A stretch of 34,530 bases of DNA, taken from positions 35,961,423 through 35,995,952 of the forward strand of contig NC_068989.1 in the NCBI RefSeq assembly GCF_001194135.2, read 5' to 3'. The position numbers were made by a program, and so were the translations under genes. The notes beneath the pieces were generated by a model. That model was given only the letters and a program-made list of their open reading frames with translations, made no database searches and was not told the origin of the DNA. The DNA comes from Octopus bimaculoides. Lineage: Eukaryota. Numbering within the stretch: the first letter of the stretch is position 1; the number at the start of each line of letters is the position of its first letter. This document shows positions 1-12,300 of the stretch, in pieces.

Positions 1-104
1 TTCCACGAATCATGTCTTAAGATCACACAAACACGTGATTTGTGGAAACACGTATAGTGATGCATTAAATGTTTATAAATTCTATCCAAGGATTATTGTT
101 ATTA

Positions 105-1413
105 TTTCAGATGTAGAAGTAAGGTCTAGAATCGAAGGACCTTAGAGTTAACCTACCAAAAACCAAAGTCTTAGTGAGTAGGAAAACAGACAAACCACAA
201 ATGCTTTCAGGTAGATGGCCCTGCTCGATCTGTAGGAAAGGTGTAGGTAGAAATTCCTTAAGATGTGCCCAGTGCAGGCTATGGACACATAGGAGGTACA
301 GCAATATCAGAGGAAGGTTAACTGGGAAAATAGTTTTTGTGTGTGGAAGATGTACAGGTACAATAAACACTAATGTACAGAAAATAGACTCCAATAGACA
401 AATGCCAGTTGGATAAGCTAGAGGTAGTTGATTGCTTCTGTTATCTAGGTGACCAAGTCAGTAGCAGAGGAGGTTGCTCTGAGAGCATAGCTGTGAGAAT
501 AAGAATAGGCTGGGCAAAGTTCAGAGAGCTCCTACCTCTGTTGGCAACAAAGGGCCTCTTCCTCAGAGTGAAAGGCAGACTGTATGATGCCTGCATATGA
601 ACAGCTATACTACACAGCAGTGAAACATGGGCTGTCACTGCCAAGGACGTGTAGGCGTGAAAGAAATGAAGCTAGCATGCTTTGCTGGATGTGCAATGTC
701 AGTGTGCATGTATGACAGAATGTAAGCATTTCGAGAGAAAAGTTGGGCATAAAAGGCATTAGGTGTGGTTTGCAAGAGAGACGACTGCACTGGTATGGTC
801 ATGTGGTGGGAATGGATGAGAACAGCTGTGTAAAGAAGTACCGATCTCTAACTGTGGCGGGAACCTGTGGAAGGTGTAGACTCGAGAAGACATGGGACAA
901 GATGAAGTATGGTCTTCAAATGTTGGGTCTCATGGAGGCAGTGACTAGTGACCAAGACCATTGGCAATATGCCCTGCTTGAGAAGACCCGTCAAGCCAAG
1001 TGAAATCGTAGTCATGGCCAATGCCAGTGTCCTGTAACTGGCATGTAAAAAGCACCTATCTAGCATTGGGCCTCACAGAGGTAATATGGCCAATGCCAGT
1101 GTTGCATAACTAGCCCTCATGAAAGCAATGACAAATGACCTTCAGCAATATGCCATACACGAGTGGAAGACCCATCAAGCCATGTGAAATCATAGTCATG
1201 GCAGATACTGGTGTCATGCAACCGGCACCCGTGCCGGTGGCACATAAAAACACCCATTACACTCTCAGAGTGATTGGTGATAGGAAGGGCATCCAGCTAT
1301 AGAAACCATGCCAAATCAGACTGGAGTCTGGTGCAGCCCCTCAGTTTACCAGCTCTGGTCAAACCATCCAACCCATGCTAAACTGGACAACAGATGTTAA
1401 ATAATGATGATGA
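105..1413 (+). mobile_element. RTE-clade LINE (family 1), 5'-truncated and decayed: RT C-terminal part with a Cys-rich finger, 3'UTR and (GAT)n tail
   Basis: Broken frames give KTKVL..WPCSICRKGVGRNS..., LEVVDCFCYLGD, AVRIRIGWAKFRELLPLL, LQERRLHWYGHVV. The 3'UTR has internally repeated units and ends AACCCATGCT..GTTAAATAATGATGATGA. Confidence 0.9.
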
Positions 1414-2955
1414 TTTTATTCTTTTACTTGTTTCAGTCATTTCACTGCAGTCATGTGAGAGCACTGCCTTGAAGGGCTTTTAGTCGAAGAAATCGACCCC
1501 AAGACTTACTCTTTGTAAGCCTAGTACTTATCCTATCAGTCTCTTGCAAAACTGCTAAGTTACAGGGGACATAGACACACCAACACCAGTTGTCAGGCAG
1601 TGATGGGGGAACAAACATGGACACAAAGACACACACACACACATATATTGGGTTATCCCATAAATAATGCAGTTTTTTCAATTGCATGGACTAAAAGTCA
1701 GAGGGGAACAGGATAAAATACTTGCGTCAACTTGCTATAAAGGCAGGTAGTAATTTTACCTTGTATTTATTCTCAATGTAAGTTTTGAAGAGTGCAGTTC
1801 GATTTTAACAGTTATTTTTTCAAAGCTGTAATAGAAGTGACAAAGCAACATATTTGGCATATTTTGCTTTATGAGTTCAATAAAGATAATGCAACAGACA
1901 GTGTGAAGAATATTAATGCAGTATATGGGAATCAGACAGTAAGCATAAGTCAGTGTCAATGCTGGTTCCAGAAATTCTGTGCCAGAAACTACAGCCTAGA
2001 AGACGAGCCTCATCCTGGAAGATCTGTAGAGCTTGAGGACTCCTGTAAACCCTGGTGGAACAAAATCCCATTATAACTGTTGAGGAACTAGCAGTGAAGT
2101 CTGGATTGGCCATTCATTGACACCTGCATGCCGTTGAAAAAGTCAGCAAATTGGGTCAATGGGTTCTTCACAAACTTTCTGAGTTTAATCACATGCAGCG
2201 AGTGAATGTATTTGCTTCTTTGCTGTCGCATCTCATGAATGAACCTTTTTTGGACTGAATACTGACTTGTGACAAGAATTGGATTCCCTATGAAAATGTC
2301 AAGCACCGAAGACAGTGACTAGCAAAGGGAGGAACTGGCACCCCAGGCTAAAGAAGGTCTTCACCCATGTAAGGTGTTTGGTGGGATATGAAAGGTTTAT
2401 TCCACTTTGAACTTTTAAACCCAAACCAAACAATAACAAAGGAGATCTACTGTGAGCAGCTTGAGCAGCTTAAGTCAGCACTAGAAGAAAATGACCATCT
2501 TTGGTTTCAAGACAAAAGGTGTTCTTCCATCAGGATAATGCAAGGATGACATTCCAAAGGCTGGAACAACTTGAATGGGAAACGATGCCCTATCTGATTA
2601 TTATTTATTCCGTAGTCTTCAAAATCATTTGGACGGAAAAATTATGAATTCTGTAGACAAGGTCATAACAGTACTGGAGAAGTAATTTTCATTTCGGACA
2701 AGTGAATTTTGGAAGTCTACCAGATAGATAGCAGAGCATTGTAGAAAATGAAGGAGAGTATATTTTAGATTAAAAAAGAACTTTATTTATCTTAATTTTG
2801 AGAAATAAAAAACCACATTATTTATGGGATGCCCCAATATATATGACAGGCTTCTTTCAGTTTCCATCTATGAAATCCACTCACAAGGCTTTGATTGGCC
2901 TGACACTACAGTAAAAGACACATGCCCAAGGTGCCATGCAGTAGGATTGAATTCA
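1414..2955 (-). mobile_element. tRNA-type SINE, family A, split by a mariner: 3' part 1414-1645, 5' part 2840-2955
   Basis: Both parts align by eye to the intact copies at 30146-30470 and 30768-31140; the break lies in the internal (CA)/(TA) microsatellite. Confidence 0.85.
1648..2837 (+). mobile_element. Mariner (Tc1/mariner) DNA transposon, near full length, with decayed transposase
   Basis: TIRs TTGGGTTATCCCATAAATAATG / CATTATTTATGGGATGCCCCAA, flanked by TA on both sides. Transposase remnants: EVTKQHIWHILLYEF, WFQKF..SLEDEPHPGRS, GQWVLHKL, TCDKNW, FHQDNA; multiple stops and frameshifts. Confidence 0.92.
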
Positions 2956-3448
2956 ACACATATATGCATAAAATAAATGAAAGGGGAACCAGGAATCCAG
3001 GCAGTTACCTCAGTCAGCATGCTTGCAAATACTAGCTCACAGAATGTATTGAATAGAAGAATGCTTCAGTAGAAGTTTGTGTTTTACACAAACTGAAAGT
3101 CCAGGAGGTTTTCTTCAGTCACACAGTATGAAATAACAAGCTAAAGAAAGTAGGTACTGGTATGACATTTATTCCTTGGTTATAGCTGTTTCAACAACAT
3201 ATGGATTAAATAACTCGTGTAACAAGTTAGAAAACATGAATATGAACATTAGTTATGTTACATCGATTATATAATGTAAAATTTATTGTCATTTCATTAT
3301 GCTCTTATTAATAAATAATATTGATATATCTGTTAGGTCATGATGAAATGTCTATGGATTTTACAATATATAATCAATATTATATCATCACTGTTATATA
3401 ATCTTTGCTCATATTCATGTTTTCCAACTTGTTAAATGATCTATTTAA

Positions 3449-3668
3449 TCCTTTAGCATTCAGATTACCCTCTCAAATGTAATGCCTATTTATTCACATT
3501 GTTTTAAATTAAATGTGTTTTATCTTGTAGCTTTGAGATTTCAGTGATGTGATTGTTAATTTTTAGAATGACATCGGAGGGTAGGTGTGAGAAGCAGGTT
3601 CTAGTTGGTTTGAGCATAAAACAAGTAGAATATATGGGTCAGATATAGCCAATGTAGATGCTAAAGGG
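3449..3668. mobile_element. piggyBac-type MITE, copy 1
   Basis: TTAA at 3445-3448 and 3669-3672; ends (T)CCTTTAGCAT...ATGCTAAAGGG; homologous to 22213-22422. Confidence 0.8.
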
Positions 3669-4700
3669 TTAACCCATATGTTGAAACAGTTGTAACCAAG
3701 GAATGAATTTGATACCAATACTGCCATTCTTTTACTTGTTATATATGTGACATTGTGGCACATCACAGCCCTGTGACTTGCTGGATACTGTTAAACTGTT
3801 TAGTCCATGTCAGCTTAGGAAATGCTAATTGATGATGATCATGATGGGTGTATATATCTGTATGTTTGTTTACATTTGTGTTTCTCTGATAATCTCTCAG
3901 TTACAAGCAGTGACATTGCTGTCATTTTCCCCATCCACTGGCTTTGTACCTTTGAAGACATTAATGATAGGTAGGGTATTCTATGCTAGCAGAGAAGAAC
4001 AGGCATAAAATGAATGAATGAACAATATGCTACTTGTACACTGCACTGCTTCTATCTTTTCTATGTTTTCTACTTTATATGTAAGCAGTTTAGTTTATAT
4101 ATAGACTGTTTAAAATAAATTTTTATTCTGCTGTTCAGAAAATTTAGTTCCCATTGTCATTGGTAATTGCTAAATGTTCTTTATTCAATTTTTGTATATC
4201 GTCATATTTTTATTTAATATGACCTCTCACAAGCAACCAATGATGGTTAAAGCACTAGAAACCAGTTTGTTCCACTTTAACTGTGTAACTGTCTTTCCAA
4301 GAAATCATACTTCTCTAACGTTGCTCTTACCATGTTGCATTGTACAAGACACAATCTCTGTTATCATCGCAATCTGTTGATAATAAACCACTTGACATTC
4401 AACATTAAGTAGGTTAGTTATAATATAAATAGGAGATAAATATTTATTTAGATAATGCACTAATGTAATAAATAGTTTATTGCTTCAGAGAGATGATTTA
4501 TTAATAACTATTCCTACTGATTCTTTCTCGCATCTGAAGATAACTTGGGATGCAATGACACAATGAATTAATTGATCTACCTGAGTATGAAATAGAATAC
4601 CGGTAACATATTTGAATTCAAATTTCGTGGGATTGTACTTTACTACTTTATCAGCCCACTCATTTAACTCGTATTATCTGTAATTAAAATCTTTATAATG

Positions 4701-4916
4701 AGGTGCAGGTGTAACTGTGTAGTTAAGAGCTTTCTTCCCAACCATGTTGTCTTGGGTTCAGTCCCCTGTGCAACAGTGGTTCAGTAAAAGAGACTGATAG
4801 AATAAGTATCAGGCTTAAAAAATAAGTACTGAGGTTGATTTGTTTGAGTAAACCCTTCAAAGTGGTACTCCAGTATGGCCACAGCTCTGTGACTGAAATA
4901 AGCAAAAGATAAAAGA
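4701..4916 (+). mobile_element. SINE family A, internally deleted (tRNA head joined to the tail)
   Basis: Head AGGTGCAGGTGTAACTGTGTAGTTAAG with B-box-like GGTTCAGTCCC, joined directly to the AGAGACTGATAGAATAAGTA...GACTGAAATAAG tail. Confidence 0.75.
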
Positions 4917-5439
4917 AATAGTTCAAGAAACAATCTTATTTTATTCCACAGATATTTACTTTTCCTTCATGACTACCTTAAGTAGCACTGATATAATCTT
5001 CGCCATTGTTTTCTCTCAGCACAAGTTGGATGGATCTGCATTCTTCCATCACGCTGGTGTGGAATCCATACCTTTATTTCATAGACAACACCTATCATCC
5101 TAATTTTGATAAAACGTTAAATGAAGCAAAGACCATTTTAGAGAGAAAATTTATTCTTATGTATAAAAATACAAAAATTAATTATTTTGGAAATATTAAG
5201 TAGCATTTGTTTTATTTCATTTAATTTTATTTAATTTTATTGAGAGACTCTTTATCTAGCCAGATCCAATGTTCTTAGATAAATCTGACCTAATTACTTC
5301 TCAAGTCTTCCTTGGTTTATCATTTCTAGTGATACTTTCTATCACCAACTTACAGTACTTTTTCATCTAGAATGTCTCCTCTGTTTCTGTTGTTGATCAG
5401 TTCCAGTCATCTCTCCTGCAAACATTGACCAATGCATAT

Positions 5440-5860
5440 AAGCCCCAACTGCTTTTTTAGAAATTGAGTAGTATTAAATAGACTATCCGCTTTGTCATAT
5501 GGATGTACAATGAGGACTCAAACAAAATGTCTTGAAAAGAACATTGACGGAACTTAGACAAGAATGCTTTGAGCTGCCTTGGACATCTGAAGGCAATGCC
5601 CTATGAAAGAACTTCTCTTTGTAATTTACCACCAATATCACACATCATCAGAGAAAGAACAAGATTTGCTGGAGAGAAAAGGGTAAGATGATCTGCAACA
5701 TTCTTCTCTGGGAACTGAAACATGAGTACACAAATGCTGGTAAAGGACTCCAAATGCACCTGAGAAGCTGTTCCATGTGCAATGGCAGACCGAACTGACT
5801 GGTGAGAACAAGTCATGGTGATCCATGCAATAAGCACAATCACATGATGGTGTTGATGAA
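5440..5860 (+). mobile_element. RTE-clade LINE (second family), 3' end remnant
   Basis: Degenerate translation TKCLEKNIDGT*TRML*AALDI...PISHIIRERTRFAG, typical of an RTE C-terminus; ends in a GAT-rich tail. Confidence 0.65.
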
Positions 5861-6616
5861 ACAAACCATAACCAATTCATTCCTACCAAATTAAAAATTT
5901 CTGCATTCACTGTATTTCACTGCCATGCAGTTTCACATATAGTTCACACAATACTCTACAATTTGTCTTTCATGCAAAGATAGAAAAGTTAATTTGTTAT
6001 CAATAGAGATAAGAATTCTCCGAACTGCTTCTAAACATTTCAAGCCTTAAATATTAAGCTATTACCAGTTCCATAGTTCAACTATGTCATCTAGGTGAAA
6101 AATTTGTTTCTTTCTGAGAAACCCTCTACTTTAAGATTTCTCATACTGTAAAATATTCCAGTGCATCTGTTATATTTTAATGTTGTTAATCTGCCAGAGA
6201 TCCTATGATATTCTTTATTTAGACACTATTTTCACTATTTACATATTCTTCAGTTCCAACCAATTTCCTTCTTACATGTTAAACAAGGTCAGTTTTCAGC
6301 TGTTATTGCACTTTTGTGTCCCTTGTTACATAGTAGAAGATGAGACATAATGATGATTCAAATCTTTTGTCTCAGAGAAGACTGACTTTTCTAGATTTGA
6401 ACTTCTGCAGTTTCTCAACAGATTTTAATATAAAAATCTAATTTTCATCAAGCAGAACTTCTCATTATATCTATTTGTTAATTTTTGTGTGATTACTTGC
6501 AGAAAAGCTCGTTAAAGTCAGGGCTTTCATTAGCACTTACATGTACAATGTATTCGCTATTTCATCACCACCATACATCCATCTCTAGTTTTCTTATAAA
6601 CTTTTACATTGTAGAG

Positions 6617-6880
6617 CAGAGGTTCTCAACCATTTTTTTTTTTTAACCTATGGACCCCTTTGATTACTATTTTACTCTGGTGAACCCCCATAACTTCTCG
6701 GTGTTTAAAAACTAGTTTTATAGATACTTCTTTCAGAATTCCTATTTTATTTTCAAACATTAACTCGTGTAAGTTGAACTATGTAAAATGCAATAAATGC
6801 ACTAAAGCAAAACTTTTTCATGGACCCATAATATAAATTTACCATTTTGCTTGCACGAGGACTCTGGTTGAGAAACACTG
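6617..6880. mobile_element. hAT-type MITE
   Basis: TIRs CAGAGGTTCTCAACC / GGTTGAGAAACACTG; 8-bp TSD ttgtagag (6609-6616) vs ctgtagag (6881-6888), 7/8 identical. Confidence 0.85.
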
Positions 6881-7059
6881 CTGTAGAGCTTTACCCTTAA
6901 TAAGTTCTCTCTAGATTGTTTGTCCTTATCTAAGGGATTTTCTCGAATTTATTTATCATAGTTGTGGTAACAATGGTTTCATATTATGGATCAAACCCAA
7001 ACTATATCAGATTTTAACCAACAATACTTTCTACCAGTTAATCACCTAACTTCCAGCTT

Positions 7060-8014
7060 TGGATGGAACCATTTCAATTGATATCCATACCCCATCCTTA
7101 ATACTGTCCTCTCCACTCACATTTTACATTGATCTCCTCCCCACCTCTGAGCCACCAAATTATCTCTCTTTCTCCACTACCATTTTATCTCCCCCTTTCC
7201 ATGTACTTTGCCTGCATCTCCCTCTTCACACACACTCCTGCAACCTATCCAACCACACTCCATCTCTCTCTCTCTCTCTCTCACCCCCCTCCCCTCCCCT
7301 GCCTACAGTGTCATCATTTCTATTCTGCTGCTCTTTACTCCCATGCATCATTGGTCACTCCCACAAACTCATTATTCCTCATTCACTGCAGCTACCTTTG
7401 AACCCTATCCATTTGTCACTACTTCCCTACTTTCCCTATTTATCATCTGTCAGCACTTGTTCTTCATTCATTACAGTCAGTACTTTATCCATTTGCCATC
7501 TCTCATTCTTCCATACACTTCTGCAAACTCTAGCCCCCCACCACCACCACCANNNNNNNNNNACACACACACTACTATCCCCACTAATTTCTACTTACCT
7601 CATACTTTGAGGGTCCACACCTGACACTGCATCTCTATCTTTATCTCTTTCCAGCTCCAGTCTGATTGCTCTCACCCTTTCTTCTAAAATGTGAATAACT
7701 ATGTAGCTCCTCTACAGCAAGATATCTGTTCTGCTCTGGCCCTTTCCCTCATACTGTAACCTCTTGTCTCTTAGCATAAAGCCTCCTTTCACAGGGTTTA
7801 TAGTCTTGCAAGCTGCATGGCAACTCCACTATTACTGGTGACACAAGAAAATTACCCAATACATGCTGTAAAGTAGTTGGCATTCAAAAGAGCATCCAGC
7901 CATAGAAACCTTAGCCACAATGAAGCACAATGAAGTTCTTGGACCCATCAGATGCTATCAAACCATCTGACCCATGCCAGCATGGAAAAGTGGACTTTAA
8001 ATAATGATGATGAT
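7060..8014 (+). mobile_element. Retroelement remnant of unassigned family: pyrimidine-rich body plus an RTE-type 3' tail
   Basis: CT-rich body (10-N gap at 7553-7562). 7850-8014 matches the RTE family 1 tail (GAGCATCCAGCCATAGAAACC...CCCATGCCAGCATGGAAA...GATGATGAT). Confidence 0.55.
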
Positions 8015-8663
8015 GTATGAAACATTGACCCATATATGAATATGCTGCGTCAAATCAGGATCTTTGTTTATTAGAATGATCTGATAAATGAAATACGAGA
8101 TTTTGAAACTGAAGCATGTTTAACTTCTTTTTGTAACCAAGATTTCTATTTGTTCAGTTTTGTAGTAGTAATCATCATCATAGTCGTCGTCGTCATCTAT
8201 TGACCATAAATCATTTATCTCCACTTCTACCATTGTCGCCTTCATCACCATCTGTTAAATGTTTTGTGCCTTTAGATTCTCCTTACCCTGTAAGGACATA
8301 AAATTTGAGATTTTTTTTTCATTTTTTTAAAGCTTTTCATAGACTCTTCCCCCACCTTCCCATGGAAAAGGTTATTTTACTGCAGCAGAGATGGAAATAC
8401 TATAAACTATTTTGATAAATGAATGACTAGGTTTAGGTTCCTATCGTATATCTGGTACACACTGTAGGGCTGATTAGGGCCTGGAGATTTGGTTATTTTG
8501 AAGTATGATTATAATTTTCGAAAATGCATGCTTTAGCAGATAAGGACATGACTATTTTTGTTTAGGACTGATGATTCTACTCCAAGTCCACTGAGGGATT
8601 ATATGCAGATCTTGGAATAAGACACCTTATGACACTTGTACACAAAACTAATGTAATGTAACT

Positions 8664-8948
8664 AACTGGCACTCCACCGGTTATGATGACAAGGATTCCA
8701 GTTAATCTGATCAACACAACAGCCTGCTCATGAAATTAATGTAGTTCTCAGGGAAATTCAGCATGACACAGAATTTGCCAAGGCTGGCCCTTTGAAATAC
8801 AGGTACTACTCATCTTTGCCAGCTGAGTGGACTGGAGCAACATGAAATAAAGTGACTTACTCAAGAAAACAGTACGCTACCAGGAATCAAACTCACCATC
8901 TTAATATCGCAATTCGAATACCCTAACCACTAAGCCATGTGCCTTCAC
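8664..8948 (-). mobile_element. tRNA-type SINE, family C
   Basis: Minus strand begins GTGAAGGCACATGGCTTAGTGGTTAGGG (A-box-like) with GAGTTTGATTCC (B-box-like); body CCAGTCCACTCAGCTGGCAAAGATGAGTAG. Confidence 0.8.
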
Positions 8949-8984
8949 TAATGTAGTCTGTAATGTAGCTATAATAAAATATTT

Positions 8985-9146
8985 AATATTAATGTAGCTG
9001 TAATATTATATAATATTAATGTAGGTATGATATTGTATAATATTAATTTAGCTATGATATTGTATAATATTAATGTAGCTATGATACTGTATAATATTAA
9101 TGTAGCTATGATACTGTATAATATTAATTTAGTTATAATATTATAA
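8985..9146. repeat. 27-bp AT-rich minisatellite, six units, consensus AATATTAATGTAGCTATGATACTGTAT
   Basis: Units start at 8985, 9012, 9039, 9066, 9093 and 9120, with a partial unit from ~8961. Confidence 0.9.
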
Positions 9147-9248
9147 AAATCAGAGTTAGCAGTCAGGAAGAAATTTTACTGTCTTTTTTACAGCAATTCG
9201 TCTCAAACATTTCAACAGTTTTAAAATAAATTTCTGTCATTTTTACAG

Positions 9249-9337
9249 ACTGAAAAGAGAATCCATGCATTTGTAACAGACAGTAATAAACAGAAATACA
9301 AATGGGAACCAATGGACAAAGTATTCCGTGCCATTAT
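9249..9337 (+). CDS. SPAG7: SPAG7 exon, 89 nt, start of the R3H region ([11 protein letters not shown]...MDKVFRAI)
   Basis: Acceptor ttttacag ends at 9248; donor gtatgt at 9338; open frame, ends in phase 2. Confidence 0.92.
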
Positions 9338-12300
9338 GTATGTATTGTGCCCTTCTTTATTCTTTAACCGTTTCAGAATCATATTTCTACTGAACTACAC
9401 TATTTATTAATTCTTAATTAATTTTGAAGATAATCATGACTTTTTGAGTGTTTTAATAACGTAACTAATGTTTTAACTGTAAAAATGATGTTTGGAACAT
9501 AGCTTAAAAAACCGTTCTTGTTTAAAATTGTGCTTGAATGTTTGGATTTAAATGTGAAAACTTCAAATAAGATACTTTTGTGTGATAAGAAAAGCAGACC
9601 AGTTGTTATGAAGTAAAACTGATACAAAGTAGAAAAGACTGCTCAGTGTTGCTGCAGGCAACTTCTTTAATGCTGGTGGTACAATAAAATATGCCCAGTT
9701 CATACTGGTGACAGTGTTATGAAGCCTTCCAGTTTTAAAAACTATCCCAGACAATGGCATTAGCAACAGCAGCAATAACTGGTCATTTGGTCTCTAGCTG
9801 TGTGATGAGAGATGACAAAACACTGCAACAAGCAAAGGGGGGATGCTGTCAGATCCTTTCAGCATCAGCAAGGATGTTAATGTATACTAATGATATAATT
9901 GCTTTGTGTTTTTAATTATTTAAAAATTTATTGTAACATGAGATATTTTAAATATGAGACAAATATTTCCTACGTTTGTATTGCAGCCATGAAGTAGCTG
10001 ATGTTGCAGGGCTTACATCATTTTCATTTGGTCTAGAGGAACAAGACAGATATGTTATGTTATGGAAAAAGGTAACGTGTGTCTCTAACACCTAAACTTT
10101 CGTTATCCAGGAAAAATTATTTATTGGCTACTTTAAGGATTGCGTCTGATATAAAAGAAACAATATTTTTGAATATTTATAAATTATTAAAATGTTAGTA
10201 ATTCTGTAGCAACCAGCAAACATAATTGTCTGTATGTAATAATGTCCAAATGTAAAGAATCCTTAGAGCTTAGCCAAGCTTTCAATTTTGGCATTTTCCT
10301 CTCATAAGATTAAGGAATGACCATTAAGCTGCTCCTCTGACCCTGTCAACTGTCATCCTATCGCACTCCCAACATCTCAATGGTTGATGGAGACAGCCAT
10401 TAACAACAATCTCCTCTAATGCCTTGAATCCCTCTCCCTCTTTAATTGACACAAAATGGCTTTCATAAAGACAGATCTACTGAAGGCCTACTCTTCACTA
10501 GACCTGATTAATGAAAGTCACCTTTCATAAAGCTATTTTACTCTCTTATTCTCCTGTTTCACTCACATGGGTTCTTGTCTTAGAAAAATTGAGTGAAAAC
10601 AGTGTTGTTACCCTCAACATTAGCAAAACTTTGACTATGTCTAGAATGCAAAATCCCCTGGCAAAACTGTCTGAAAACAGGCTCCATCTGTTCATTTTTT
10701 GGATTGGTGACTTAGAATCCTATTGTATCATCAAGGTGTGTGCTAATGGTGTTCTCTCTGACCCACGTCCCTATCAACTTCGATATGTTCCTGGGCTTTG
10801 TTATAATGTCCACCTCACCCACACTCCTCTACTTCAGCAACCTACTTATTGCATCCAACAACATCCACTCCTACACAGATAACAGAACCCTTCATTCTCC
10901 TCCATAACTTTCTGCTTTTATGTATCATCCACATACAATTCAGACTTCTCACACAAAACCCACACTGACTTTATAAAGAGGGAGTTCAAAAACATCCATT
11001 AGTGTGGCTATGCCAATTTTGTCCCCTTCAATAGCAGAAAGTCAGAATTGTTATACATTTGAAGAACCCCACCCCTTACATTAATAGCATGCAACAAGAT
11101 CCCTCAACATTAACTGCATCATTTAGATGATTCTTAACAAAGTATATTCTCAACACAAACACTGACCTTACTCTTATTACTCTCACTCTTCAGAGCCATA
11201 GAATACCGTGTCCGTTCCAACCCAACAACTACTAACTCATTAGAAAGGTCAAAAGGTACCCAAAATATAGGCCACACATTCTGACATCTTGGACTGCTAC
11301 CACAGAACGATCATATGACTGATTGGTATGAAGTCACTCATCAAAACCTCAAACCCATAAATATGTTGTCTTCCCTCTTTCCACTACTTTTACAGTTGTT
11401 ACTAATCCTCTCAGCTAACAACATGGCCTCTCCCACCAACCAATGAAAATTGCAAAATTTAAGAAACCTTTGTTTGCTTATGAATAAGTATTTTCTGAGT
11501 GTTAAATTTAATGCAAAATTCAGTCATTTCTAGGCTTAGAATATGATAATACTTCTTTGTTGTTCAGATTTAACACTGATAAGGGACTGGGCAATATAGT
11601 GTTACCAAAATCTCTCTCTCTCTCTCTCTCATTTTAGGTTCCTCAGAAATGCCCCCCACCAACATTTTGTGTGTTCACTACTTTAATATTGCTTATCTAT
11701 TGACTATTGTTATGTTTCAATATCATCAACCTTCTTGTTATTTTTTGTTACTATTTTTACCTGGTTTTATACAAAATCTAGGAATTTACTCCATCTGATG
11801 AAGAAGTTCTAGCTTACCGAAGGGGCGAAGAATGGGATCCTGAAAAGGCTAAAGAGATTGCTAAACAAAAGGTCAGCAGCCTTATTTATTTAAACAGTTT
11901 GCCTTTTTGTAAAAATACTCCTAAAACTATATTAAATCTCTGAGCAAGATATAAACAGTAGCAGTATGCAATCATAACATATAATTGCCAACCAAGTGTG
12001 GCGTCCAGTACAGGACAGTGCTACTGACGTTTATAGCCCCAGGAACACATCTCCTCCAACTGGCTAACGACACACATTCTAACTTCTGTACTTGACCAGT
12101 ACTTTGTTTTATCAACTTCAAAAGGATAAAAGACAAAGTTGACTTTGTTGGGGTTTGAACTTAGAAAGTAAACAACAACAAGGACTTTTCTCCAGTGCTC
12201 TAATGATTCTGTTACCTTACCACTCTAATAATAATAATTTTTTTTACATAACCACAAGGTCTGAAATTTTGGGAAACGTTGCTAGGATTACATTGAACCC

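Noticed and set aside
7059-7624. Overlapping Leu/Ser/Pro/His-rich ORFs
   Set aside because: Products of CT-rich low-complexity sequence open in several frames; no recognisable domain or splice support.
8567-8600. C/D-box-like TGATGA...CTGA in an intron of a housekeeping gene (also near 3832-3890 and 6349-6390)
   Set aside because: Spacing is too short or there is no terminal stem; TGATGA is common here because of (GAT)n tails.
8985-9146. Regularly spaced repeats as a CRISPR-like array
   Set aside because: The units are contiguous with no unique spacers, the DNA is eukaryotic and there are no cas genes; it is a minisatellite.
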